64,000 bases of DNA. Origin: Parvibaculaceae bacterium. GTDB taxonomy: Bacteria > Pseudomonadota > Alphaproteobacteria > RS24 > CBDDDD01. The notes under the pieces were generated by a model. It made no database searches, was not told the DNA's origin, and saw only the letters and a list, made by a program, of their open reading frames with translations. A program made the position numbers and the translations under genes. Below are positions 38,476 to 48,696 of this stretch, piece by piece (position 1 is the first letter of the stretch; each line of letters opens with the position of its first letter). The DNA lies in the NCBI GenBank assembly GCA_965226465.1, contig OZ245362.1, forward strand, positions 961,931 through 1,025,930, in the 5' to 3' direction.

Positions 38476-39744
38476 ATGACAGAAAAAATCAACATCTTGG
38501 TTTTGGGCGGAGGCGGCAGAGAACACGCTCTATGCTGGAAGCTGGCACAAAGCGAAAAATGCGCCCGCCTCTATTGCACGCCCGCAAATGGCGGCATAAG
38601 CGAGCTAGCCGAAACCATAGAGCTAGACATCACCGACCACCAAGCCACAGTCACATTCTGCCAAAAAGCACAAATAAAACTGGTCGTAATCGGACCCGAA
38701 GCCCCCCTAACGGAAGGACTTGCCGACAGCCTGCGTGCCAAAAACATCCCCACCTTTGGACCCGGAAAACAAGCCGCCCAGCTAGAAGGCAGCAAGGGCT
38801 TCACCAAAGACATTTGCACCCGCTACCATATCCCCACCGCCGCCTATAAAAGATGCACAAGCAAAGACGAAGCCCTGACTTTCCTAAAAACCCAACCCCT
38901 CCCCATCGTAATAAAAGCCGACGGTCTGGCGGCAGGAAAAGGCGTCATCATCGCCGAAACCGAGCAAGAAGCCCACCAAGCCGTAGAAACCATGTTCGGC
39001 GGAAAGTTCGGCGAGGCAGGCACCGAGATTGTCATAGAAGCCTTTTTGCAAGGCGAGGAGGCAAGCTTTTTTGCAATATGCGACGGCAAAACCGCCTTAC
39101 CGCTTGCAACAGCCCAAGACCATAAACGCCTCAATGACGGCGACAAAGGACCCAATACCGGCGGCATGGGCGCCTATTCCCCCGCCCCCATCATGACCAA
39201 TGCCCGCTGTCACTATGTGATGAAACACATCATCACCCCGACCCTGCAGGCTATGGCAGAGCAAGGCACCCCCTATCAAGGCATCCTATATGCGGGGCTG
39301 ATGGTCGGCGAAAACGGCATTGACCTCATTGAATATAATGCCCGCTTTGGCGACCCCGAATGTCAAGTCTTGCTCCCCCGCCTCAAAACCGATCTCGTGG
39401 ATCTCCTGCTCTGGGCATGCAATGGCGAGCTGGCAGGCAAGAATATAGAATGGCACGAGCAAGCCGCCCTCACCATCGTCATGGCAGCAAAAGGCTATCC
39501 GAATACCTATCAAAAAGGCAGCGAAATAAAAAACCTAGAAACAACAGAGGGACTTATTTTCCACGCCGGCACCAAAAAAGAGAACGACAAGATTTATGCC
39601 AATGGCGGCAGAGTCCTAACCATAACCGCCATGGGCGACACCATACAACAAGCCCATGAAAAAGCATATAAAATGGCAAAAAAAATAGACTGGGAAGACG
39701 GCTTTTACCGCAAAGACATAGGCTGGCGCGCCCTCAAGGATTAA
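38476..39744 (+). CDS. purD: Phosphoribosylamine--glycine ligase
   Basis: Begins MTEKINILVLGGGGREHAL and has an ATP-grasp core. ATG at 38476 is preceded by ggag. The longer ORF from 38209 is antisense to xseA. Confidence 0.95.
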   Translation: MTEKINILVLGGGGREHALCWKLAQSEKCARLYCTPANGGISELAETIELDITDHQATVTFCQKAQIKLVVIGPEAPLTEGLADSLRAKNIPTFGPGKQAAQLEGSKGFTKDICTRYHIPTAAYKRCTSKDEALTFLKTQPLPIVIKADGLAAGKGVIIAETEQEAHQAVETMFGGKFGEAGTEIVIEAFLQGEEASFFAICDGKTALPLATAQDHKRLNDGDKGPNTGGMGAYSPAPIMTNARCHYVMKHIITPTLQAMAEQGTPYQGILYAGLMVGENGIDLIEYNARFGDPECQVLLPRLKTDLVDLLLWACNGELAGKNIEWHEQAALTIVMAAKGYPNTYQKGSEIKNLETTEGLIFHAGTKKENDKIYANGGRVLTITAMGDTIQQAHEKAYKMAKKIDWEDGFYRKDIGWRALKD

Positions 39745-41192
39745 GAACAGAGCCTCTTCATCTCCGCAATAATATCCCCCCTCTTTACCTCAATCTGTGC
39801 ATGCTCAGAAGCCCGCCATTTTTCATTATCCGTAATCTCCCCCGCCGCCCTCGCCCCCAGCGCAAGATTTTTGACCGTAACACTCCCACGCCCCCGCTCA
39901 TCCTCCCCCTGCAACAGCACAAACCGCACCCCCCGCTGGTCAGCATATTTCAACTGCGCCTTAACCGCCCCATCACCCATATAAAGCTCCGCAGTCAGCC
40001 CCGCCGCCCGCAGCTCATGCACCAGCGCCATATCATCACCAATATATTGCTTGTCAAAAACCGCCACCATAATCAGCGGCGCAATAACAGGCTCAGGCAA
40101 TTTCCCCCGCGCCTCCAATATGGCAATCAACCGCGATATACCAAGCGAAATGCCGCAAGCTGGCACCTTCACCCCCTTAAACCGCTCCACCAAACCATCA
40201 TAACGCCCGCCGCCCCCAATCGCCCCCGATAAATCCGAGCCAAGCCCGCCAGTGTCCGTCAGAGAAATCTCAAAAACAATCCCCGTATAATATTCCAGCC
40301 CCCGCACAATGGCAGGCGAAAAAATAATCTTCTCCTCCGAAAAGCCAAGACGGCTAAACAGCATATCCAACTCTGCCAGTTCCGCCAACGCCTCGCCAGC
40401 GTCAGGCAAAACTTTCCCAATTTCCGCCAGCACCTCTTTTCGGCTCCCCCCTATCCCCATAAGCCCCATCACAATTCCAATATTTTTTTCCGAAAGCCCC
40501 GCCCCTTTGGTAAAATCGCCGCTCTTATCCTTGCGCCCCGCCCCCAATAATGCTGCCACCCCCTCAGCCCCAAGCCGCTCCCATTTATCCATCGCCCGCA
40601 AAACCGCACCCGCTTGCGCAGAATCCGCCTCAATAGAAAGCACCCCCATCAACGCCGCCATAATCCCGCGATGATTTACCGCCAGCACATATTCCCCCGC
40701 CGCCATGCCCAGCACCTCCATTGCCTGACAGCCCAACATGCAAAGCTCAGCCTCCACGGCGGCGGAGCTACCCCCAACAATATCCGCATCCAACTGAATA
40801 AACTGCCGAAACCTTCCCGGACCCGCCTTCTCATTACGAAACACAAACCCCGCCTGCACCCGACGAAAGGGCTTGGGCAGGCTATCATAATGACGCGCAA
40901 CAAAACGTGCCAAAGGAGCGGTCAAATCATAGCGCAAAGACAACCATTTCCCATCCTCATCTTGGAGTGAAAACACCCCCTCATTAGGACGCTCACGGTC
41001 GGGCAAAAACTTCCCCAACACCTCGCTATATTCAATGGCGGGCGTTTCCAGTGGCAAAAAGCCATATTGCTGATAAAGCACCAGCAGCTTATTGCAAATC
41101 ATTTCAGCAAAAATATATTTCTCGCTTGGATAATCTTCAAAGCCTGCGGGCAAAAGCGGTTTTGGACGGAATTTTTTTTTGCTTTCGGGCAT
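39741..41192 (-). CDS. hisS: Histidine--tRNA ligase
   Basis: Class II aaRS motifs RYDLTAPLARF, FRNEKAGPGRFRQFIQLD and GGGRYD, plus a C-terminal anticodon-binding domain. Confidence 0.85.
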   Translation of the reverse strand: MPESKKKFRPKPLLPAGFEDYPSEKYIFAEMICNKLLVLYQQYGFLPLETPAIEYSEVLGKFLPDRERPNEGVFSLQDEDGKWLSLRYDLTAPLARFVARHYDSLPKPFRRVQAGFVFRNEKAGPGRFRQFIQLDADIVGGSSAAVEAELCMLGCQAMEVLGMAAGEYVLAVNHRGIMAALMGVLSIEADSAQAGAVLRAMDKWERLGAEGVAALLGAGRKDKSGDFTKGAGLSEKNIGIVMGLMGIGGSRKEVLAEIGKVLPDAGEALAELAELDMLFSRLGFSEEKIIFSPAIVRGLEYYTGIVFEISLTDTGGLGSDLSGAIGGGGRYDGLVERFKGVKVPACGISLGISRLIAILEARGKLPEPVIAPLIMVAVFDKQYIGDDMALVHELRAAGLTAELYMGDGAVKAQLKYADQRGVRFVLLQGEDERGRGSVTVKNLALGARAAGEITDNEKWRASEHAQIEVKRGDIIAEMKRLCS

Positions 41193-41302
41193 AGTTTTTT
41201 TTACTGCAAAGGGGGACGCTCGGCAAGCGGGTTTTAGAAAAGATTAACCTGACTATGGCAATATGGCTTCGGGAAAGATAACAGACAAGGGTTACAAAAC
41301 AC

Positions 41303-42286
41303 ATGAAAGCACAAGAAACAGCCCCCCGCCTGACCCTATTGCAGGAAAGCCCAGAAGCCATGCTTATCCTCACCAATGACGGCAAGATAAGCTTCGTCAA
41401 TCAAGCAGCCGAGCTTCTAATCGGCAAAACCGCAAGCGAATTATTGGGCAAGCCCTTCCGCTCGACAGGCGCCGATATGCAGCGCGAGGAGCTACGCCTC
41501 CACCGCCCCGATGGCGAGGAGCGCATTGTTGAGCTTTGCAACATCGCCACCCAAGAAGGCGAGCAGACCGCCCACATCGCCTCTCTCACCGACATCACCA
41601 TGCGCAAACGCCTCCACGCCGCTATGGAGGAGATGGAGCGCAGCCAATCGCTATTATTCTCCAACGCCGCCCACGACTTGCTGACCCCGCTGACCCATAT
41701 TATGGGCTTTGCCGAGCTATTAGCGGCAGAGCCGTTTGGCGAGCTAGGCACCCCCGATTATAAGGATTACGCCAAAAACATCGTTTCCAGCACCGAGCTT
41801 ATGCTCGCCCTCATCCGCGACATGCTCCTTTCCCACGAGGCACTTGCCTCCTTTTCCGGCGAGGAGAACATTGACAATTGCATCAAAAGAGCACTGGAAG
41901 CCTGCGAAAAAGTCTTCCGCTCCAAAAAAACCAATATAGATTATAAAGAAAACACGAGCCTCCCCCCCATCCTCATCCCCCAAGAAGCCCTCCGCCGAGC
42001 CATGGTCGCCATATTCATAGAAGCAAGCCACATGGTCGCCAACACAGGCAGAATAAAAATCACCACCGAATATTATGACGGGCTGGTCATCAAAATCTCC
42101 CCCCAAACCGAACAACCCCAAAGCAAAGACAATTACGTATTGGACGCCCCCCTCATGCGCTCCAATTCGCTAGGCGTAAATCTGGCAAGAAGGCTCATGG
42201 AAAGCATGGGCGGCGGCATATTAATAGAGGTCAAAGGCAGCTTATGCTTTATGCTCCGCCTCCCCGAAGAGGTGCTATGCGGCTAG
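41303..42286 (+). CDS. Cytoplasmic PAS-domain histidine kinase-like protein with a degenerate ATP-binding domain
   Basis: PAS region (MLILTNDGKISFVNQAAELLIGK) and H-box FSNAAHDLLTPLTHIMGFAELL are present. The C-terminal region lacks a recognisable N-box Asn and the G1 DxGxG. Confidence 0.7.
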   Translation: MKAQETAPRLTLLQESPEAMLILTNDGKISFVNQAAELLIGKTASELLGKPFRSTGADMQREELRLHRPDGEERIVELCNIATQEGEQTAHIASLTDITMRKRLHAAMEEMERSQSLLFSNAAHDLLTPLTHIMGFAELLAAEPFGELGTPDYKDYAKNIVSSTELMLALIRDMLLSHEALASFSGEENIDNCIKRALEACEKVFRSKKTNIDYKENTSLPPILIPQEALRRAMVAIFIEASHMVANTGRIKITTEYYDGLVIKISPQTEQPQSKDNYVLDAPLMRSNSLGVNLARRLMESMGGGILIEVKGSLCFMLRLPEEVLCG

Positions 42287-43706
42287 TTTTTCCGATAAAA
42301 TGCAGCGCAAAAATAATCAGGAAGTTCCCCAAAAGCCCCCAATTTCCGGCATGAATATTAAGCGGCTGAACCCCAAGCCCATATTTCAAAAACACCGTAA
42401 TCACAATCCCCCCCACCATGCCCGAAAGCACAGGACGCACTCTGATAGCGGGAACCCTCGCCCCCAAAAGCATAGCAGGCATAAGCTGGAGCATAAGCTC
42501 TAATTTGAGAACCAATAACGCCCAAATGCTTTGCGGCAGGATACAAGCAACCCCCGCCATCACCAACATCAGCAACCAGGAAAGACTTTTCCCAATGCCA
42601 TGCAGTTTCTTCTCCGATAGCTTCGGCGATAAAGGACGGATAATATCACGCGTAAAAATCGCCCCCAATGCCAAAAGCGCCGAATCAATCGTAGACATAA
42701 TCGCCGCCAGCCCCGCCGCCATAAACAAAGCCAGCAAAATTTTCGCCCACGCAATATTATCCATAAGGTGCTGCAATAAAAGCGGAATAATCTGCTCACT
42801 TTGACCAGCAGAAAGCTCAGGCAGCAAAAAACGCGCCGCCAGTGCCGAAAGAATAATCGGCACCGTCGTAAATAACGGCATAGCCAGCATGATAAAAAAC
42901 CCCCGCCGCAAAACCGAATAGCTTTTCGCCGCATAAATCCGCTGAATAAAATGCGGATACATAGAAAGCGCCAGCCCAAGCAAAAGCACAATAGAAACCC
43001 CCCTCACCAGCCGCCCCCCGCTTGGCGGCTCCCAAAACGCACTGCTTTTCACAAACAGCAAATGCCCCATCTCACTGGGACCACCAAGAATAACCACAAT
43101 CATCGCAAACACAAACACGCACCCCATCAGCAACAAACTACCCTGCAACATATCCGTCAAAACAACCCCCCGCATCCCGCCAAGGCTCTCATAAATCGCC
43201 ATCGCCACCGCCAGAATAAACACCCCGCCAACAAGGCTTATGGAGCCGCCACTAATCGTTTCAATCAGCAAGCCCGCCGCCTTAAAATTGGTCAGAATAT
43301 AACTGGCAAGCGCAAAAATAAGAATCGCATTGGCAAGCGGCAGCAGCGGGCTTTTCCCAAACCGCTCCCGCAAAAAATCAACCATAGTGATATGATTTTT
43401 CTCCCTCGCTTGCTCATACAGCTTTTTGGCAAAGGCAAACGCAAAAGCGATACCGACAAACATGCCGCCTGCCGTAAAAAGAATAACAGGACCCTCCCGA
43501 TATGCCTGCCCCGCCATGCCAAACAATGTATTGCCACTATATTGGGTCGCATAAAGCGTAAAAAACAACGGAATTAGACTGATAGCCCCGCCCGCAAGAT
43601 AATAATCCCTAAGCGATGCCTCCCTCTGCTTTTGCCTCGCCCAAAGCCCGATGGCGGGCAGAACAAGAATATAAATGGCGATAAGCCAGAAACTTGGGCT
43701 ATACAT
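42249..43706 (-). CDS. Sodium:solute symporter (SSF) family transporter
   Basis: Polytopic, about 13 TM helices. I use the ATG at 43706 (MYSPSFWLIAIYIL...) because the longer ORF overlaps the pgi start region. Confidence 0.8.
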   Translation of the reverse strand: MYSPSFWLIAIYILVLPAIGLWARQKQREASLRDYYLAGGAISLIPLFFTLYATQYSGNTLFGMAGQAYREGPVILFTAGGMFVGIAFAFAFAKKLYEQAREKNHITMVDFLRERFGKSPLLPLANAILIFALASYILTNFKAAGLLIETISGGSISLVGGVFILAVAMAIYESLGGMRGVVLTDMLQGSLLLMGCVFVFAMIVVILGGPSEMGHLLFVKSSAFWEPPSGGRLVRGVSIVLLLGLALSMYPHFIQRIYAAKSYSVLRRGFFIMLAMPLFTTVPIILSALAARFLLPELSAGQSEQIIPLLLQHLMDNIAWAKILLALFMAAGLAAIMSTIDSALLALGAIFTRDIIRPLSPKLSEKKLHGIGKSLSWLLMLVMAGVACILPQSIWALLVLKLELMLQLMPAMLLGARVPAIRVRPVLSGMVGGIVITVFLKYGLGVQPLNIHAGNWGLLGNFLIIFALHFIGKTSRIAPLRGGGA

Positions 43707-43746
43707 AATAAACGCAGATATATAGGATATCGGCAAGGAGTGCAAA

Positions 43747-45012
43747 ATGCTTTTTACACAAGACATGAACCAACACGCCAAAGGTTTGGAAGGCAGAGCC
43801 ACCCATATCCAAAACCTGACAACCCCGCTCAGCACCTTACGCAAAATGTGCCAAGAGGGAAAAACTGCCCCCGCCCCCCTATTCCAACAAATCAGCCGAA
43901 GGGACGACCTCGCCGATATGGCACCGGCATTAGAGCTTCTCGCCCCCGCCCCAATACTCGTAGTGCTAGGCACAGGCGGCTCCTCGCTTGGCGCTCAAGC
44001 CCTGCTATCCGCCCTCAAAGGCTGGCAAAGCCCCGCTTGGAGTGCCAAAAAGGAGCTTATTTTCGCCGATAATCTTGACGCAAACAGCTTTTCCGCCCTG
44101 CTGGCAAGGGAGGATTGCGAGGATATGCGCTTTCTCGTCATCTCCAAGTCTGGCAGCACCCCCGAAACGCTGATGCAATTCATAGCCGCCAAAGAGCGGG
44201 TAAAAAATATGGGTGCGGCAAAAACCCGCTTCATCATCATGACCATGAAAACCCCAAGCCCCCTTCGCGAGATTGCCGAAGAAGAAAACATACTCTGCCT
44301 AGAACATGAAGCAGAAATTGGCGGACGCTTCAGCGTATTGACCAATATCGGATTACTCCCCGCAATGGCAATGGGCATAGACGGCGTTGCGCTCAGAGAA
44401 GGTGCCCAAAAAACCCTAACCCCCCTCATAGAAAACAAACCCCCCGACCAAATCCCCGCCGCCCAAGCCGCCGCCATGCAAATGGCAGCCGAGCAACAAG
44501 GCTATAAAACCAGCATCATGATGAGCTATAGCGACCGCCTCTCGCATTTCGGTCTATGGTATCGCCAATTATGGGCAGAGAGCCTCGGCAAAGAGGGTAA
44601 GGGAACTCTCCCCGTCCACTCCCCCTGCCCCCTAGACCATCACAGCCAGCTCCAACTTTATGCCGAAGGCGCCAATGACAAAATATACAGCATACTGACC
44701 ATAACAGACGAGCCAGAAAAGCTTCCAATGCCAGTAATAGAAAAAAAAGAACTAAAATGGCTATCCCAAAAAACCGCAAGCGCCATGGTATCCGCCCAAG
44801 CACAAGGCACAAGAGATGCCCTAGATGCCCTAAACCGCCCCATAAGAGGCATAACACTACACGGATTAGGCGAACAACAAATGGGCGCCCTCCTCATGCA
44901 CTTCATGCTGGAAACCATATTAACCGCCGCCCTCATGAACATTAACGCCTTTGACCAGCAAGGCGTAGAGGACAGCAAGAGAAGGGCGAAAGCCTATATG
45001 CAAAAGGGCTGA
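43747..45012 (+). CDS. pgi: Glucose-6-phosphate isomerase (short form)
   Basis: 421 aa with SIS motifs LGTGGSSLG and ISKSGSTPET. Confidence 0.85.
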   Translation: MLFTQDMNQHAKGLEGRATHIQNLTTPLSTLRKMCQEGKTAPAPLFQQISRRDDLADMAPALELLAPAPILVVLGTGGSSLGAQALLSALKGWQSPAWSAKKELIFADNLDANSFSALLAREDCEDMRFLVISKSGSTPETLMQFIAAKERVKNMGAAKTRFIIMTMKTPSPLREIAEEENILCLEHEAEIGGRFSVLTNIGLLPAMAMGIDGVALREGAQKTLTPLIENKPPDQIPAAQAAAMQMAAEQQGYKTSIMMSYSDRLSHFGLWYRQLWAESLGKEGKGTLPVHSPCPLDHHSQLQLYAEGANDKIYSILTITDEPEKLPMPVIEKKELKWLSQKTASAMVSAQAQGTRDALDALNRPIRGITLHGLGEQQMGALLMHFMLETILTAALMNINAFDQQGVEDSKRRAKAYMQKG

Positions 45013-45013
45013 G

Positions 45014-46810
45014 ATGGGACAGATTCGCAGATTATCGGAAGGAGTAATCAACCGCATCGCCGCTGGCGAGGTCATAGAACGCCCCGCAAGCGTCCTCAAA
45101 GAACTAGTAGAAAACGCCATAGATGCAGGTGCCACCAAAATTGACATAGAAGCCAGAGATGGCGGCAAAACCTATCTCATGGTGCAAGATAACGGCATCG
45201 GCATGGACGAAGAAGAACTTAATTTATGCATAGAACGCCACGCCACCTCCAAGCTCCCCGAAGGCGATGGCGGCTTACACCTTTTCCACATCGCCTCACT
45301 TGGCTTCCGTGGCGAAGCCCTTCCCTCCATCGGAGCGGTGGCAAAACTTTCCCTCTGCTCGCGCAAAAAAAACAGCGACAGCGCATTCCTCATCAAGCTG
45401 GAAGGCGGACAAAAAACCCCACCCCGCCCCTCAGCAGGCGAAAGGGGAACAAGGGTAGAAGTCCATGACTTATTTTTCCGCACCCCCGCCCGCCTCAAAT
45501 TCCTAAAAACCACCCGCACCGAGTTTCTGGCAATGAGCAATATGATAAAACCGCTCGCTATGGCATATCCGCAAATTGCCTTCCGCTTCACCCATGACGG
45601 CAAGCAAAACATGCACCTTTCCGCCCAAAAAGGCGACCAAAAATACGCCCAGATTGCCCGCCTCAACGAGATTATGGGCAGAAGCTTTGGCGAAAACGCA
45701 ATGGAGATTTACGCCGAGCGCGACGGGCTGGCGATAAGCGGCTATGCCTCGCTCCCCACCTTCAACCGCGGCAATGGGCAGATGCAGTTCCTTTTCGTCA
45801 ATGACCGCCCCGTCCGCGACCGCCTTTTACTAGGCTGCGTGCGCGCCGCCTATCAAGACTATTTAGCCCGCCACCGCCACCCTTTGCTCGCCCTTTTCCT
45901 CCGCCTCAACCCCAAAGAGGTAGACGTCAACGTCCACCCAACCAAAGCCGAAATTCGCTTCCGCGACCCCCAAGCCATACGCTCCCTCATCATCGGCTCG
46001 CTCAGAGCCGCATTAGGACAAGCAGGACACCGCGCCTCCAGCTCAGGCGGCACCCAAGCACTAGGCGCCTTCCGCACCCCGCACTACTCACCACCCCCCC
46101 AAATGCAAGCCCCCCAAACAAGGCTGGACATCGGCGCACCATCCGCCCCGCCCCAAGCAGAATCCTTAGAGAGCTATGCCCCCTCCTTCCACCCCCAACA
46201 CCCCCAAACCGCCATAGAAGAAACCGCCGACTACCCGCTCGGCACCGCCCGCGCCCAACTTCACGAAACCTACATCATCGCCCAAACCCAAGACGGACTT
46301 GTCATCATTGACCAACACGCCGCCCATGAACGCCTCGTCTATGAGCAGATGAAAAAAGCAATAGAAAAACAAGGCATCAACCGCCAAGTATTATTACTCC
46401 CCGAACCCGTAACTTTGGAAGAGGGACAATATGACGCCATCAACACCCGCCTCCAAGAGCTCGCCGAGCTTGGCTTCATCGTAGAAAGCTTCGGCGACAA
46501 TAAAATGCTAGTGCGCGAAATACCCGCTTTGCTTGGCGAAGTAGATAGCACCGCCCTCCTCCTCGCCCTAGCAGACGAGATTATGGCACTAGGCGAAAGC
46601 CTCCATCTGCGCGAAAAACTAGAAGAAATATCCGGCACCTGCGCCTGCCATATGAGTGTTCGCGCCGGCAGAAGACTACGCGGCGAAGAAATGAACGCCC
46701 TGTTGCGCGAAATGGAACAAACCCCCTATGCCGGACAATGCAATCACGGCCGCCCCACCTATATAGAGCTAAAGCTCAAAGACATAGAAAAACTTTTCGG
46801 CAGACGCTAG
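45014..46810 (+). CDS. mutL: DNA mismatch repair protein MutL
   Basis: N-terminus INRIAAGEVIERPASVLKELVENAIDAG and C-terminal dimerisation domain with ACHMSVRAG. Confidence 0.95.
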   Translation: MGQIRRLSEGVINRIAAGEVIERPASVLKELVENAIDAGATKIDIEARDGGKTYLMVQDNGIGMDEEELNLCIERHATSKLPEGDGGLHLFHIASLGFRGEALPSIGAVAKLSLCSRKKNSDSAFLIKLEGGQKTPPRPSAGERGTRVEVHDLFFRTPARLKFLKTTRTEFLAMSNMIKPLAMAYPQIAFRFTHDGKQNMHLSAQKGDQKYAQIARLNEIMGRSFGENAMEIYAERDGLAISGYASLPTFNRGNGQMQFLFVNDRPVRDRLLLGCVRAAYQDYLARHRHPLLALFLRLNPKEVDVNVHPTKAEIRFRDPQAIRSLIIGSLRAALGQAGHRASSSGGTQALGAFRTPHYSPPPQMQAPQTRLDIGAPSAPPQAESLESYAPSFHPQHPQTAIEETADYPLGTARAQLHETYIIAQTQDGLVIIDQHAAHERLVYEQMKKAIEKQGINRQVLLLPEPVTLEEGQYDAINTRLQELAELGFIVESFGDNKMLVREIPALLGEVDSTALLLALADEIMALGESLHLREKLEEISGTCACHMSVRAGRRLRGEEMNALLREMEQTPYAGQCNHGRPTYIELKLKDIEKLFGRR

Positions 46811-47259
46811 CGCCGCTCCCGAAAAAACTCTTTAAGAAGCGCAGAACATTCCTCCGCACAAACCCCCGCCACAATTTCAGGGCGATGATTGCAATAGCGT
46901 TGCGAAAAAACCCGCGCCCCATGCTCCACCGCCCCCGTTTTGGGGTCACCCGCCCCATAAACCAAGCACCCGATCCGCGCCAACACCATCGCAAAGGCAC
47001 ACATCGGGCAAGGCTCAAGCGTCACATAAAGCGAACAACCCACCAGCCGCTCATTGCCAAGCTTGGCGCCAGCTTCCCGCATAACCAACATCTCCGCATG
47101 CGCCGAGGGGTCAGAGCGGGTACATATCTCATTACCAAACCCCGCCAGCACCTCGCCCCCGCCCGACACCAGCACCGCCCCCACCGGAACCTCGCCCTTT
47201 TCGGCGGCATTTTCAGCCTTTTGCAAGGCGAGCTTCATATATTTGCTATGCATGGACAA
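46807..47259 (-). CDS. tadA: tRNA adenosine(34) deaminase
   Basis: Motifs HAEMLVMREA and TLEPCPMC. Confidence 0.9.
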   Translation of the reverse strand: MSMHSKYMKLALQKAENAAEKGEVPVGAVLVSGGGEVLAGFGNEICTRSDPSAHAEMLVMREAGAKLGNERLVGCSLYVTLEPCPMCAFAMVLARIGCLVYGAGDPKTGAVEHGARVFSQRYCNHRPEIVAGVCAEECSALLKEFFRERR

Positions 47260-47311
47260 AGCTTTGCGTTTTCAAGCGGACAGGTCAAGCCATCTCTGCT
47301 AGATAAGGGAT

Positions 47312-48037
47312 ATGGATGGCGAACGAATAGCGAAGTTTTTATCCCGCGCCGGCATTGCCTCAAGGCGCGAGGCAGAGCGCATGATTGCGGCAGGGCGCAT
47401 CCAAGTCAATGGCAAAACCATAGAAACCCCCGCGCTCGGCGTCACCGAACAAGACACAATAAGCCTAGACAATGAACCCATAGCCAAAAAGCAACCCACC
47501 CGCCTATGGCGCTATCACAAGGCGGCTGGACTTATGACCACCCATAGCGACCCGCAAGGTCGCAAAACCATATTTGACGCCCTCCCCAAAAGCCTGCCCC
47601 GCCTCATCAGCATAGGCAGGCTAGACTACAACACCGAAGGCTTATTACTGCTCACCAATAATGGCGAGCTAAAAAGGCATTTGGAGCTACCCAAAACCGG
47701 CTGGCGACGACGCTATCGGGTGCGCGCCTTTGGCAAAACCAGCGACGAAAAACTTAAAAAACTGGAACAAGGCGTGCTATTGGACGGCAGAAAAACCGCC
47801 CCCATTTTCGCCAAAATAGAAAGCGGCAAGTCCAGCAATTTATGGATAAGCGTAACCCTAAGCGAGGGGCGCAACCGCGAAGTACGCCGCGTATTAGAAA
47901 TGCAAGGCTTACAAATAAACCGCCTTATACGAATAAGCTTCGGACCCATCGCTTTGGGCAAACTATCCAAAGGCACCTGCCAAGAAATATCACGCCGCCA
48001 AATGAAAGACCATCTCGGCAAAGATTGGTTCGCATAA
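47312..48037 (+). CDS. RsuA/RluB-family pseudouridine synthase
   Basis: S4 domain (RIAKFLSRAGIASRREAERMI) and catalytic GRLDYNTEGLLLLTN. Confidence 0.85.
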   Translation: MDGERIAKFLSRAGIASRREAERMIAAGRIQVNGKTIETPALGVTEQDTISLDNEPIAKKQPTRLWRYHKAAGLMTTHSDPQGRKTIFDALPKSLPRLISIGRLDYNTEGLLLLTNNGELKRHLELPKTGWRRRYRVRAFGKTSDEKLKKLEQGVLLDGRKTAPIFAKIESGKSSNLWISVTLSEGRNREVRRVLEMQGLQINRLIRISFGPIALGKLSKGTCQEISRRQMKDHLGKDWFA

Positions 48038-48618
48038 TGAGAATATTAGGCGGCGCATATAAAGGCAAACCCCTCACCGTGCCAAAAAACACCACAACCC
48101 GCCCAACAGCCGCAAAAATGCGCGAAGCCATTTTTGACATCATCCTAAACGCCAAAGCAATCAACCTTGAACCCCTCTCCATCCTTGACGGCTTTGCCGG
48201 CGCCGGTGCCATGGGACTGGAAGCCCTCTCCAGGGGCGCAAAAACATGCCTCTTCATAGAAAACGATAGAAGCGCCATCAAAGCCATCCAAAAAAACCAA
48301 GAGTCTCTCGGAATGACCCAAAAATCCCAAATCCTCCGCAAAGACATAACCCATCTCGGAAAGTTCTCCCCCCAAACCCCAACCGCAACCCCCTATGACA
48401 TCATCTTCCTAGACCCCCCCTACAACAAATCCCTAGGCGAAAAAGCAATAACCGCCCTAGCAAAAGGCAACTGGCTCTCCCCAAACGCCCTAATCTTCCT
48501 AGAAGAATCCCCCCAAACCCAAATAACCCTCCCCCCCAACACCCCCCTAACCCTCCAAGACCAAAGACAATACAGCAACACCCAACTTCTCCTCTTCCAA
48601 CCCACCCCCACAGACTAA
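48037..48618 (+). CDS. rsmD: 16S rRNA (guanine966-N2)-methyltransferase
   Basis: Begins MRILGGAYKGKPL and carries DGFAGAGAMGLEALSRGA and FLDPPY. ATG at 48037 overlaps the preceding stop. Confidence 0.85.
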   Translation: MRILGGAYKGKPLTVPKNTTTRPTAAKMREAIFDIILNAKAINLEPLSILDGFAGAGAMGLEALSRGAKTCLFIENDRSAIKAIQKNQESLGMTQKSQILRKDITHLGKFSPQTPTATPYDIIFLDPPYNKSLGEKAITALAKGNWLSPNALIFLEESPQTQITLPPNTPLTLQDQRQYSNTQLLLFQPTPTD

Positions 48619-48696
48619 CCCTCCCCCACCTTGCCCAGCATTCAGACTATTGCTAGGGTGGCAACCTTGAAATAATCCGAAAATATAGGAGATAAA

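Noticed and set aside
43707-43973. 89-aa N-terminal extension of the sodium:solute symporter ORF
   Set aside because: It overlaps the divergent pgi start and its promoter region. The extension is not hydrophobic or transporter-like. The ATG at 43706 begins directly with TM1.
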